Positions 21,408 through 34,376 of a stretch of 64,000 nucleotides of DNA are shown piece by piece. The DNA comes from Minutocellus sp. GHC0000111 (taxonomy: Eukaryota), in assembly GCA_977018835.1 (NCBI GenBank), contig OZ361258.1, positions 4,960,001 through 5,024,000 on the forward strand, given 5' to 3'. A model generated the notes under the pieces. It had not been told where the DNA came from. It was given only the letters and a program-made list of their open reading frames with translations, and made no database searches. Position 1 is the first letter of the stretch. The number at the start of each line of letters is the position of its first letter. The translations under genes and the position numbers were made by a program.

Positions 21408-21735
21408 GCTTAGCTTCCGCTGGCTTGGGTTGTCCCAAAGCAACGAAGAGAGTAGGCCGGTATAATATCTTGCCGGGGGAACAAACAACTCAAGTCGGTG
21501 GTGCTTTCACTTTGCAACTTGCGTATGAGCTCGAGCCTCGTATCTTGCGTATCTTCTTGCTTGTGCGTGTGCCGACACATCTTGTTGAAAAGGCCTGTCC
21601 GTCGTCCGAGGCGCACCATCTTAAAGCGTCGTATCAGCAGTCAGCATCCAGGCGAGTACTAGCTAGTCTAGTAGAAGGTTGAGGACCAGCTTGCAACCTC
21701 ATTGAATAGCCAGTGGGTCCGCCCAAAGACCATAT

Positions 21736-24700
21736 ATGGGCGTCCACGGCCTGACGTCGCTGCTGGTCCAGCACGGCCTCCTTCCATCGGCTCCAAAGCG
21801 CCATGGAGGAGGCGTCGGCGGCAATCTACCCTCATTATCATCATCGACTGCTGCTGCCGCCACCGCCACCGACGACGACGACGTTCCCACCACCCTCGAC
21901 GTGCCGACCCGCCACGATGCGCACTACCAGACCATCCCCCGTGGCTCCACCCTGGCCATCGACGGGGATGGCCTGTCGTTCCACCTGTTGCGAATGGCGT
22001 ATCGGCGGCATCGGCGGAATGTTCTCGATGCATCGGCGTCGGCAACAGGCGGAGGAGCAACGGCTGCATCGGTGGTGGCAAGTCTCATCCCGACCTTTCT
22101 GCCTCCGTACGTGGTCCATACCACCACCATCTCGTATCTGACGGAGCTGGTTGTAAATCGAGGCATGCGCCATGCCACCGTATACTTTGATGCCAAGACC
22201 AATGCTGATGCCGACGCCAGAGCCTCCATCGGGCAGAGGACGAAGAGACGAGAACGCAGGCGCAGAGACGAACGGAGGGAGGAGGAGTGGACCAACCTGC
22301 GCGAATATTGTGAACGTGGCGTCCTACCTCGTGGGTGTGCTGTTCCGTCGTCCACTGCATCATCGTCTGGTGGTGGAGGAAAGAAAAGGATTAGCAAGTA
22401 TCGCAGCACGTCACGGAAAGCGAGCCGACAACAACAGAATCAGCTTGGTGCTAGTAGTAGCAATGACGCCCATGCAAACGAGGAGGAGGCCGAGGCCGAT
22501 GCGTACTGGTCATCGTTTCCACTGGGCAGGTTGGTGTTGGAACAATGTCGAAGATCGATGGAACACTTTGCCACGACCGTGGCACCAGGCCGGGTCAGCT
22601 TCGTCGATTGCGTGGGCGAGGCCGACGTCGAGGTGGCCAAGGCCAGTGCGTCCGATGTAACTGGGAGTACCTATTGTCTGGGACAGGATTCCGATTACTG
22701 TATTTATGGGCATGGTCCCAGCGGTGTTGGTGGTGAAGATGGCAGTAAAAAGGAAACGATACGGTACGGGGAGGATCGATACTTTGCCGGATCGTCCTTC
22801 CAGGCCAGGGCGCCGGATGCCAGTGCCCTGCCTCTGCCGTCCTTTGGCGCAGAAGATACTCCAGATAGCGGTGCGCTTCGGAATGTGGAATCGAACGCAA
22901 ATGATATTCTCTGTGAAGAAACCGAACTTCGCCATTCCCAATTATTTGGATCGGTCCAGTATGTTCCTCTGCAACAGCTGGATTTTAGTTTGCCCAACGA
23001 GATCCGAGGGACCATCGTCCGGCCTGCGGACGTGGCGACATCCATCGGCCTGCCGGACGCACACTATCTCGTCGATCTTTCCATTGTCCTTGGCAATGAT
23101 TACACTGGACCGTTCCTTCGACATGCCGATTCGTCCAAGCGAATGCAGTATCGTCAGAGCCTCTACTGGGAGAGGGATGCCATCGAGGACAATGATGTGG
23201 ATGCCGCCGCCAACGATGCTGCAACGTGGGGTAAATTGGCCGAATTGGATTGGTCCGATGTCAGCAGCGTTGTGGAATTTGTCGTTGATAAGGCTGAGAA
23301 TGGCTTCCGTGTCCGTTCGGAAATACCTCGGCTGGATGCTGCCATTTCGTTTTCCAGGGCCCTCTACACTTTTGAGGATGTCGAGCAGCTTGATTTGGAC
23401 GATGCTTTGGAGAATGAAAGCGACGATGAGGACGGCGCCGATGCCGTCATGGGCAATTTTGATATGCACGCTGCCCTAGCTGCTAACAAATGCACCCCCT
23501 CGCTCCCGTCTACGTTGGACATCTCTCTGTCGATATCAGCCAAGGATCGAATGCCCCTTCGCGACGCCATCCTTGTGCCCTTGTTGCAGCACATGGCAAA
23601 CGTATCCTACCGGCAAGAAGGCGATGCATGTGTGGAGCAGCTTCATGCGGATGCATTTCGAGTTGTGACCGAAGTACTAACATCGAATCATCACTCCGAG
23701 ATTCGTGTGCCCAACAAAATCCGCTGGAACGATGTTCGTGTATTGTACGTGCTTGAACGCATTGTAATTGCAACTGTTCGAGATGAAGCTGGTGATGATG
23801 GAGGTGCTGCTCTACCCTTCGAGGTTCTGGATCCTTCCTCATATCTCTATGCGGTCGAGTCTCTCTCGTACGAAGACTTTAGCCTCGACAATGAGATCCA
23901 AGGGAAGAACGAGCGGGAATTTATTGAGGAAGTAACCTCTCGGCATCCAGGATCTACAGAGACGGCTCAGGTAGAAGCGAAGAAGGCACAGCCCAAGCAG
24001 CAACTTCCCATTGATGAGCACGAGCATGAAATTTTAGAGGCTGTAAGGACACAGCGAGTCACAATTATCCACGGCGAGACGGTGAGTGGATGGTTTGATA
24101 AATTTCTTTGGTTGAATCGATTTCTCCTTTTCTTTTCTCACATATGCGAGCACATTCTATTCCATTTATACATGTATATAATATACACTTGGTGTCCTAC
24201 CCATCGCCCAGGGCTGCGGCAAATCCTCCCGAGTTCCAATCATACTTCTTCGGTCACAGCCTCCAGAACCGACCGCCAAGGCACCCGAAGTGAAAATGTT
24301 CATCACTCAACCTCGTCGGATCGCAGCCAAGAGTCTCACTGAGCGCGTTCGCGACTGCGAGCCTGGCCTCCGAAAGAAGATTGCACTCAGAATGGGCCAT
24401 GGCATGCGAGAATACGAAGGGATGGAGACGCGAGCGTGGTTTGTAACCACTGGCTATTGCGTTCGGCTTCTTGCGAATCACCCAGAGTTCTTCGACTCCC
24501 ACACTCACCTGGTCATTGACGAGGTTCATGAAAGGAGTGTTGATTGCGACATTATATGTCTTCTCTGCCGACGTCTTCTGGCATCGCACCCAACGATTCG
24601 CCTCGTATTGATGAGTGCAACAATGGCGGCCTCCCTATATCAGTCCTACTTCGGCTCTCCAGAGTGCCCTATTGCTCCACCTATCCATGTCGGTGCTCGA

Positions 24701-27700
24701 CGCTTCCCAATCAAGGAGTTCTTTGTTGAAGATCTTGCTAAGGCGCTAAAGTTGCCCCAGAAGGACGCCAAGAGAGCGATGGAGGTCTTTGATGAGGGTG
24801 AAGCTCGGAAATGCAAGTCAGCACCCTCCCGAAGTCACATGGAAAAGCTCTTCCACCTTGCCAAACAGATCACATTGTCTGTCGGAACGAGCAATGGGTC
24901 GGCCGTCTTGATATTCGTCACGGGCATGAATGACATTGAAGCCTTGTGTGACCTTATTGAATCCATCAATAAGCCTGGTGTCGTCTACACGTGCTTGCCC
25001 ATCCACTCTGATGTGCCGTTCGAGGAACAAATGGCTGCATTCGAGCCGGCTGGAGAAGGCGAGGTGAAGGTCGTCATCGCGACCAATGCCGCCGAGTCGT
25101 CTGTGACTTTGCCAGATGTTGATCACGTAATTTGCCTTGGTCTCTGCAAGCAAATTGTTTATAACGAGGCCAGCCACCGACAAATGTTGCAGCCGACGTG
25201 GATCTCAAAGGCGAGCGCTACGCAGAGGGCGGGTAGAACTGGACGCGTCAGAGAAGGCAATGTCTATCGTCTGTACAGTCGGAATGCTTACCACAAGTAT
25301 ATGGCACCGTTCGAGGCAGGCGAAATGGTGAGGATCCCTCTAGACTCGGTTATCTTATCTCTTAGAGACATGCTAAAGGAGGAAGTAACGCCGGTACTGC
25401 TATCCTGCCTCGAGCCTCCCGATATTTCCAATATCGATCGATCATTCAAGAGTCTCCACAAGGCAAACTTCATCGATACTCCTAGCGACGAGTGCGAAAT
25501 CACCAGTCTCGGAGCTTTAGTTGTAGCCCTTGGCATCGACCTTACGCTGGGCGCCCTGGTCGGCCTTGGGATACAGTTCGGGGTGGGTGCAGAAGCTATT
25601 GAAATGGCTGCGATCCTCTCCGTCCCAAAAACGCCATGGGCGATGACAAATCCAATGTATCACGATACCGACCAGTTCAATGACATCACCTCCCGGACCT
25701 TTGTGTCTCGTTGTCGGTTTGACGCCGGCCTCTACTCGGAGCCCATGGGCATCATGAATCTGCTTCATTCGTTCCGGATGGCCAAATCAAAGGGCGAATT
25801 CTGCCGAAAACAATGCGTTGCCTTCACTCGCTTGCGCCATTTACATGGTACCGTCGAGAGCCTTCGTCGTCGTGTTGCCGACCGTCTTAATGTACCGATG
25901 GATTTTCTTGAGGTGGAGCAACCTCCCTTTGAAGCCCCACATGCCAAGGTTACTATTCTTCGTATTTTACAAACGTGGCTATTCCATGACACTATGATTG
26001 AGCTTTCGAAGAAGAAGGAGTTGCAGGCCAGTGATGACGGAACGTTCACTATCGAGCTCAATGGCCCTTCCATCGAACCCAAGCATCTATTGCAGATCCT
26101 CGATGAAGAGCGACACCCCTTTGAGATTATCAACCGAGTCAAAATCATCCATTCTGGGTCCTTTGTGAGTGATGCATACCAGGCCGATGTCACCGACTAC
26201 TTTCGCAATTTTGAATGCCGCATCGTTTCGTACGCTCTTGAGCATCAGCATGACATTGTCTCCTATTATTCTGGGGCCTCAATTCACATCTTTGTAGCTG
26301 CGGCAGTCTGGAATGAGTCCGAAGGTCTACAGCGATTTATTGCCAACACTGGCATCTTCAAGGAGGCCCCGGTCGCTGTTGACTACGTCGAGATCCACTC
26401 CAAGAACAAGAGAGGACGACGTGGAAGAGCCTGCGCCGCATGGACCCAGTACCCCAGTGGTGGGGATCCCCTTCCTGATGGCGTTGCCACTAGCCTCGTC
26501 CGCCTCTCGAGCCGTCAAAAGAAGACCAAGGCCAAAGAGTTCAAGAAACTATTTGATAAGCACATCTTGGACGCTGACCCCAACTTGCTCCGCAGCTTCA
26601 TTTCTTGCACCACGGCTGACATGGGGAAGAAGACGAATCGCAAGGTGCAATTTACCCTTACCACTGGAGGCGATTGCTCCGAGGTTTCTGGCATCGATTT
26701 GTGTGATCTTTTTTCTTCTACCGCCGAGGACCTTAGCTACACAGCCACGAAGCAGCAGGCACCCCAAACTGTGAAGTTCCACACTTCCGACAGCGAAATC
26801 GCCGATCTTGGCCAATGTCCTCTACTCGACGACGTCCCCGAGGCAGCCAAGCTAATGATGGTAATGGCATCGGAGAGGCGTCGTGATAATTTCATACGAT
26901 TTGACAACGGCGAAGATAACGTTCCTATTGATATCAGCTTAGCAAGAGACCTTGGGATCAACAGTGGAAGATGGCGTCGGCACCAAAGCAACGGCATGGT
27001 GTATGTTCCGGTCAATTGCGTTCCTTCCACAGCCATTCCGACTGGGGATGCTGTGTCAGAGCTATATGCAGTTTGTGCCAATACATTGGAGCTCAATGGC
27101 GGGGCAATTCGCGCCGAAGGCATGTCGTTGCTGCCCCCGGGCCGGCTATTTTATGCTCTGGCATTGCTATCATTCGGTATCCACCCAATATCGCAGTGCT
27201 CCCTCTCACTCGGCCTCCTCGAAGGCGACGAAGGTGGTGATCTCGATGAGTTGTGCGCCCATCTGGTACCATGGATTTGCGAAACGAGTCCAGAGTTTAC
27301 GCAAGAAACTATGGCCGATTGGATCATCGAACGAATCAACAAGGCCTTGACCTTCAACCGCTCGTGCATGTCGCTCGGAGAGGAGCTAGTCTGCCACGAG
27401 AATACAGTAAGGGGTCTCTGCGATATTTTTGACGACGTCGATGGCTATACCGTCGATGTGTGGGATGATCTTGCGGCGAATCCCTTCGTCCCCACCAACC
27501 AGTCTCGTGAGCGTCTTTTGCGCCCCGCTTCCACAGTATCGAGTCGAGCGAATTCCCGGGCGAACAGCAGGGCCAATCGTCAACAGTTGAGACGAGAAGA
27601 TATGTCGGAGCGTTATGATCCCAAAACAGACGCAGATAGGATTCGAGTTTACACCAAGAAGGAACGCTCTGGTGTGGTTTGTCGGCTGGGCGATCCTCAC

Positions 27701-28372
27701 CGCAGGGAGGACGATGGGAAAATTGTACGGTATGAAGTATTTGGCACCGACTTGTTCAAGAAGGAGACCAATATGACGACATTTGTGGGGATGAAGCTGG
27801 AAACCGACAAGGGTGATATCGGCGTCATTCAATCCTCTTTTGGTACATCTGGAAAATTCAAGGTATTCTTTCCAACCGGGACAGACGTTCGAGAGGGCGA
27901 TAAGTTGCACTTGCGCTTCAAGCGGTATGCGAACGATCCAAAGAAGGCGATGCATCAAGATGCTGTCTTGCCAAAAGAGCGTGTCGGAACAAGGCTCGAG
28001 CCAGCAGGTAAAAAGAAAAAAAAGGGCAAGGCCGACTCACAGTCCAAGTCAAATGCCAAAAAGAATGGAAACGATAGCAATGCGGCCGCAGCAAATGCGA
28101 CATCGGGCAGTGTGACCACATCTGGCGAAATTGTGAGCCTAAAGGGCGATCCCGTCGCCGGGAAACACGAAGTCGTTATTGTGGCTGGATTCTTCTCCCC
28201 TGAGATCAACATTCGCGAATACGCCGGCAGAGCTGTAAAGATTGTTGGCCAAGACGATGTCATTGGGAAAGTAGATGGGCCATTCGGAAAGGCTGGCAAG
28301 TGCAAGGTTTCATTTGAGGGCGGCTTGCCTGTCGACGGAACCATCGGCAAGAAGGTCGAACTTTTGCAATGA
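21736..28372 (+). CDS. ~2170-aa fusion: XPG/Asteroid-like PIN nuclease + DEAH-box RNA helicase + eEFSec domain-4-like C-terminus (exons 21736-24081, 24212-28372)
   Basis: PIN motifs MGV.GL, LAIDG, VYFD, GEADVE, QDSDY and LGNDY. Intron GTGAGT...CCCAG reconstitutes Walker A HGET|GCGKS. Helicase motifs TQPRRIAA, DEVH, SAT, ATNAAESS and QRAGRTGR. Tail LFKKETN...FVGMK...G..GVI.SSFG.SGKFK...L.FKRY. Confidence 0.85.
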
Positions 28373-28520
28373 TACTAACTGGTGGCAATCAAGCACTTGC
28401 CTCCTAGCTTGCTAAGTGGTTTATTGAGATATAAATTAGAAACGACACGCAACTTCTTTTATCTAGTGAACTGAATTGTATCGCAGAATATTGTACTTGT
28501 TGGTACCATAGAGTATAAAT

Positions 28521-29618
28521 CTACATTGTAAAATGGTCTCCGCCAAATCGATTGATTCGAATAGGACTGCCAATGTCACTACCGCAATCACTGCCTTGCA
28601 CAGACGTCATGGGCGAAATGTTCCCATCTCTTTCCTCTTCGACCACTGCCTCATCAATGAATGGTTTGTAAAGATTATAGGGATTGGCCAGCCAAAGCGA
28701 AGGGACTCGAATTGACCGTAGAGAAATCCTGCTGCTGACCTCGCTCATGTCGTAGCTGCACTCGAAACTGATTCCGCAATCTTCCTCATCCAGAGACGTT
28801 GCTTCAAAGCAACCACCTTCGTTCCAGTTGTTGCGATCAGTCAAGGTGCTCGTAGCTGGCAGCACAGAGGGAAAACTTCCGAGAACGAAGCCGCTCTTGT
28901 CTCGCTTTCGATACTGGAGCCGACGATGCATTGTGACATACATCGAGAACGCTAGCGCTAGCAGGATGAAGGCAGTCAGCGTGATGATGGGAATGAAGTA
29001 CTGCCGATTGGCTTTACGCCAAGATGTAGGAGTCGGCTTTGTGGTAGAGCTTGTCACTGCATTGCCCTTTTCGGCACTGACAACTATCACGCTCGACTTG
29101 TCGATTAGGCGCTTGTCATTTGGGCCTGCCATATCTGTTGCCACAGTTGGTGATGGGCTTGGCATGTGAGTCCGGTGTCGAAGTCTATTGTCAGAGCTGA
29201 TGACATTCCGATCCGCATCACGCTCCAAGTTGCTTATCGACTCGAAGGTATCTCTACAAATCTCGTCAAAATACCAAGACCTCTCTTGGTTCTCGTCAAG
29301 TGGGCCGCGGGCAGATAGGCGCGCATTTGCTCCACTGCAACAGTCTTCGTCCGTTTCGGTGTCGAACTCACATAGACATACAAGAGAATGAAAGTTGGCC
29401 TGCAGCGAGAGCGGAAGCATGTCAAACGAGTCAAAATCGGTAAACGCTTCCTCATTGATCAGTCCCAAGTACTCGAATCTATCAATAGCGCCGTCCTTGT
29501 TCACATCCGCATCAAGCAAGATGTTTTGACAGCTGTAATCTGATCGGAAGATGTTGTCGGCAGCTGCTGAGTGGACCAACAGGGGCAAAAGGAGACAATA
29601 GCCAGGTAAATGTCCCAT
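28521..29618 (-). CDS. Type I membrane protein with signal peptide, EF-hand-like loop and Cys-rich extracellular domain
   Basis: Signal MGHLPGYCLLLPLLVHSAAA, loop DADVNKDGAIDRFEY, Cys cluster LVCLC...CC and TM YFIPIITLTAFILLALAFSMYV. Confidence 0.65.
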   Translation of the reverse strand: MGHLPGYCLLLPLLVHSAAADNIFRSDYSCQNILLDADVNKDGAIDRFEYLGLINEEAFTDFDSFDMLPLSLQANFHSLVCLCEFDTETDEDCCSGANARLSARGPLDENQERSWYFDEICRDTFESISNLERDADRNVISSDNRLRHRTHMPSPSPTVATDMAGPNDKRLIDKSSVIVVSAEKGNAVTSSTTKPTPTSWRKANRQYFIPIITLTAFILLALAFSMYVTMHRRLQYRKRDKSGFVLGSFPSVLPATSTLTDRNNWNEGGCFEATSLDEEDCGISFECSYDMSEVSSRISLRSIRVPSLWLANPYNLYKPFIDEAVVEEERDGNISPMTSVQGSDCGSDIGSPIRINRFGGDHFTM

Positions 29619-29813
29619 ATTGAATTGGTATTGGTATTGTATGCAGCTGCCAGTCGAATGTTCTGGATGGTTTGTGGTGACTGCATTGGCAATGCCCTTT
29701 TTTGTTCGCGACTTTGCCTCGAGCGGTTTATCGATTCTCGATGCTCGTTATCGAAACACATACAAATCGAAGAAAGTTCGCCCTGGCACCACGAGGTGCA
29801 GCAGGCCGGCACT

Positions 29814-30369
29814 TCATTGCATGATATCATTCGCCGAAACAATCTCGGCACAACCAAACTTTTTGATCTGCTCCAATCCCTGCCTGTGCCCAGCCGCACC
29901 ACACACCGACGTCACGCCCTCCTCAACAACAAACACATTGTACGATTCATAAAAGGCATCCATCGCGGTGGCGAAGACACAGTAGTCGGTGTTAATCCCG
30001 CAAAGATAAACATAGGTGATTCGATGCGCCTGTAACACATCGTTGAGCGTCGACGGCTGAGCGAACAAACACACGTTGCGTTTTGGCATCTTCTTTTTTG
30101 GTCTGGCCGTTTCTGCTTGTTGCATCCGCCAATACGCTTCGAAGTTCTGGTATTAGCCGAGCTTCTTCGCTGCCCATCTGACCGCCTGGATAAAGTCTTC
30201 GCAGGGAAGTTCCATTCCAAATCCAAAGGTGACTGTCGATTATAAGATCGAAGGAAGATGAGGTTGCAAGACGATGAATCGTTTCGATGACTTCCTTCTT
30301 TCGGTAAGAAATGTTGGCTACCTGTTCCACGGACATGTCAATTACGACGAGAGCATTCTTTTGTGTCAT
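29814..30369 (-). pseudogene. Isochorismatase-like cysteine hydrolase, frameshifted
   Basis: ALVVIDMS in one frame and CGINTDYCVFATAMDAF in another. Frames switch at ~30065 (RVFV/FAQPST), where the conserved K...SAF segment is missing. No intron fits. Confidence 0.75.
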
Positions 30370-30666
30370 ATTGCCAGTGCTAGCAGGTGCGTCATTTGCT
30401 AATGACTGACAATGCCAACTACTAACTACGGTCTCGTGCATGCATGCATACATGTATTGCCGGTTGATCTCCTGGGGCGCTCCATCCGTTTCGCCGCGCC
30501 GTCGGCGAGGTTTCGTCGTCACCAGATATGGCCATCGCCTTGTTTACAGGTACGCGAGAAACAACATAACCTCTACGCAGCTACATGTACATGTAGCTAG
30601 ATAGCAATCGCATGGCTATGTAGAATATCGTGTTACTATTCCCAGCACAAATAATCCGATGAAAAT

Positions 30667-32473
30667 CTACGGAGCCTTCTCTTCGCCAAAATCAAAACCA
30701 AAGTCTTTATCCAATGCATCCAGGCCAGGCAAATCAAGAATTTCCTCATCAAATGAATCTTGACGTGGTCTACCGGCGCTCTCTGACAAGAGGTTATTGC
30801 TCGGCATGGCAGGAGGCTTTGAATCACAAAACGAGTTCTGCTCCATTTCGACGCCCGACGATACAGCCATTGGACCAGTACCATACAAAGTTTCAAGTGC
30901 CTTCTTCTTCTCCTCTTCCTTTTGCTTTTCTATTCGGAGTCGCCGGCAGAGATTATTCTTTCGCTGTGTATATTACATTGACCGTTGGAAAAAGTTTAGA
31001 CAAATATGCTCGTCGAGAATTAATCATGGGTACCACATCCTAAATCAATCCAAAAATCCCAGGTCCCTCCTCAACTCTACTTACCTGTTTCAGAGAAATT
31101 CCTTCGTCATCTTTGATATCCTTCTCCTTCTGACCTGGCTTTATATCGAATTCGAAACCTCCAGCTATCAAGGCATCAGTTAACGGAAGGTCGGGACCAT
31201 CTTGCTTGGCGCGAAGTGCCTTGGCCATCCTTGGATCAATGATGTTTCGTGAGCCCGTTCGCTTTGATTTTCCCTTTGCTACGCCACCAGGAGCAGGGCC
31301 GATGGTTTTGTCGTCGCCTTCTTCTCGCCGTCGTTTCGCAGAATTGGAAGAGGGAGCCTCTTCCACGTTTGCCTCCGAGAGCTGAATACCTGCATTTGCA
31401 GTCTCAAAGATATCCGATAAATCAGTATCTAAAACGACGGAGCCGCCTACGTCAAATGGAACACGCTCCCTTGGTAGATTGAATTCCGCGAGTCGACGCA
31501 GTACCTCTTCTTGCGACCCTCGATGAAGCTTTGCCCGTAATCGGATATTGGTCGGCATCAGCCGTTGAACAACAGGGTAGATGATATAATTTATGATAGG
31601 ACTTCCATTGACAACATGGATGGATCGGGGACGGATAGGAAAGGCGACGTCGAGAGCAACTTGCATGACTCCTGACCATTTCCTCGAATAATGTTTCCGT
31701 GTAGCGTTCTTGCCGTCGACGATAATGACATATCCTCGACTTCGGACATGCGAGTTTTGGATAATGACCTCGATCAGGTAGGCAAGTGTCTTCATTTCCT
31801 GTCTCAGGCTGAACTTGGACCAGTCTCTGTTGTCAAAGCAAAAGTAGATGATTGCTCGGCCTGCTGCGTCAGTGTTGGGTAGAAGCTGGAAGACTCGGGA
31901 GTTGGCCATGTTGAGAACTTCACCGTTCATAGCACCGGCCAGTGTCATTGGTGGTAGAAAGCACGCGTCCTCCCCAAAGTTTTCAAGGCGAAACTGCCAG
32001 TACAATGCCAACCGCACAGCTGCGAGCTGAATATTCCCTTCCTCGCATTGCAAAAACAGCAGCTTTCGTTCCTTGCTGACCTCATCGGGACATAAGGTGG
32101 TTGCCTTGAAATACGCCGCGGTCGATTCTGGTGGAAGTGTTCCCATTTGCTGATCCAGTGCCGCAAGACGCATGTGATCATGCATTGTGAGAGCGGCCGA
32201 CGCGGAATTGTCGCCGATGTATACATTCCAATTGACACCGCCGCTGCCGACGCCAAGCCCCGACATACCATTAGTAATGGTCTGTATTCCGGTCAGATCG
32301 CTTTGCAATTTCATAAGCTCGGCGATGTTCAGGGTGGCCAGTTCCCTCTGTTCATCTTGGTCCGTAAATTTGGGCTGTACATCAACCGGTGGTTCATCGG
32401 AATCGTCATTCCCGTCGTAAGCATTAGCGGCATGTTGCTGTTCCTCGACGATGGGCGGGGCGCTGGTCTGCAT
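30667..32473 (-). CDS. CRAL-TRIO + 'DPRM' module protein, paralog A, duplicate copy
   Basis: Same translation as 36-1842 (offset 30,631). Confidence 0.75.
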
Positions 32474-32571
32474 GGTGTTCTTGTTTCTTGATGTCCGCCG
32501 CCAGAAAGGATTCGATACCACACGCGGATTGGAATGAGTAGGAATTCCAAATCCGATTATTGATCTATACC

Positions 32572-34354
32572 GTTTTGGCGGACATGTATTGCGTCATCGT
32601 GACGGCAAGCAGACAAAACAGTCCGCCAAAAAGGAGAATGTTCAATTTGCGTTTACGTAGAACCTGGTACAAATCCTACGGGAGGCAATATTTTCGCTCC
32701 TTTTTGGCGGACGTTTTTTTCCAACTCGTCCGCTGCCGCCAGCCTCACCGCACGATCAAGCAGGCGAAGCCGCGTCAATCCTGTGAGTGCTCGAGTTCTC
32801 GGTGTCATAAAAAACAAAGCAATTGACAATGCAACTACAGCAACTATGACCGGCCAAAGCAACAATAGCAACAAACGAGTTACACACGGGCGCCAGCCAA
32901 ACCAGCGCATCTCCCGTCCTGGTACCCGTACGAGCCCTCGGCGGCAACGCCACGTGGCAATCAGAGCTTCCGCTGCTGCTGCCGCCGCCGCCAACGACAA
33001 CAGCAATGGCGACGGTACTGACGACCTCTTCGGCCCTGGAGGATCCGTTGACAGGTTCCTCCGAGATCGCCCGCCACTCGATGCCGAGGCACAATGGCGA
33101 CGGTACTGACGACCTCTTTGGAACAAGACGGATCAGACCCCGAAGTTCACAGGGATCCCACCGCATGTTGCCATCCTTTGCAAATTGGAGGGGTTGGAGC
33201 AGACAGTGAAGGAGATGCAGGGCAATCTAGCCGGCCTTCCTGAACAGATATCTGCGCTCCCCGGCAAAATTATTGAAAATATTGGAGAGGGGCGGGACAT
33301 AGTCGTCCATAACCATGGTGGCGGTGGTGATGGAGGTGGAGGAGATCCTCGGCTTGTGCAGAAAGTAGAGGAAATGACAGCATGTTTTCAGCAGATGAGG
33401 GAGGGTGGTAGTGCTGATACAGGTAGCAATGGACAAGAAGGGCCGACCGCAATGAACGGTGGTAGAGATGGATTGCCGCCGTTGTTTCGTTGGTCTGATG
33501 GCAGCCTTCATCGTCTTCCTGAGAATTACATGTTCCCCAAAGGGCTTATGTTTGCATGCATGTTGAAGAGCTTCATTCAGGAGTATATTATTGGCAGCAC
33601 TGGAAGACTCGGTGGTGACATCCCCCCTTTCCGAGTGCTTACTGCAAAAGATGTCGCGCATGTAGTCAATTCTAAGGGAAAGGCAGGTGGTGCTAGAAAG
33701 AGAATCAGTGACATGAGAAGGCTGATGGTGAAGGTAGAGGAAATAGGACAGAGAGAGGGTTTGTGGAAGGGAAATGCATCTAGGCATTGGGAGGTTGAAG
33801 ATTGCAGCAAGCTGCATGATGCAGTAATGAAAGAGTTTTACCCTGACGATGGCAGCAACAAAAAGAAACGCAAGCTGGAGATAAGTTGGAACGCTGTATA
33901 CAACGATCGCATCAAGAAGAGCAAGAAGAACAATTGACATGCACATGTATTCTTGAAATTAGATCTAGAGTCTGAATTTGTTTTACAACATGTATACATG
34001 TATTACATGTACATGTACGCCGTGGAGGGCCCGGCGACTTAACGAACAAAATAGGCTCGGAGGGGGTACAGAATGCTGGATCAATGGGGGGATCGGTGGG
34101 CCCTCCACGGCGTACTGTACCGGTAACACATTTGCATCTCTCTCTATCATTGCTCTTCTCTCGCTCGCAGAAGACAGTCGTTTTGAGCCCGAACGCAAAA
34201 AAGTATATTTTGCGGTTTTGAGACTTCGTGCATGAGCACAAAAAAAGAGCCGGCCCGTTCTCTTGAGTTTCTGAGAGTCGTGAGAATGGGTTCTATGTAG
34301 GAATCAGTACAAGTCTACGTATGCGGACCTGAGGCGGACAAGTGTCCGCCAAAC
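32572..34354 (+). mobile_element. Putative Crypton-like element, duplicate copy (ORF 33185-33937)
   Basis: Copy of 1941-3723. Confidence 0.4.
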
Positions 34355-34376
34355 TTCTTGCGATAAAGAATTCGGC

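Noticed and set aside
21736..24342. Treating the 868-aa and 1360-aa ORFs as two genes
   Set aside because: A canonical intron (24082-24211) joins them and restores the Walker A motif GETGCGKS.
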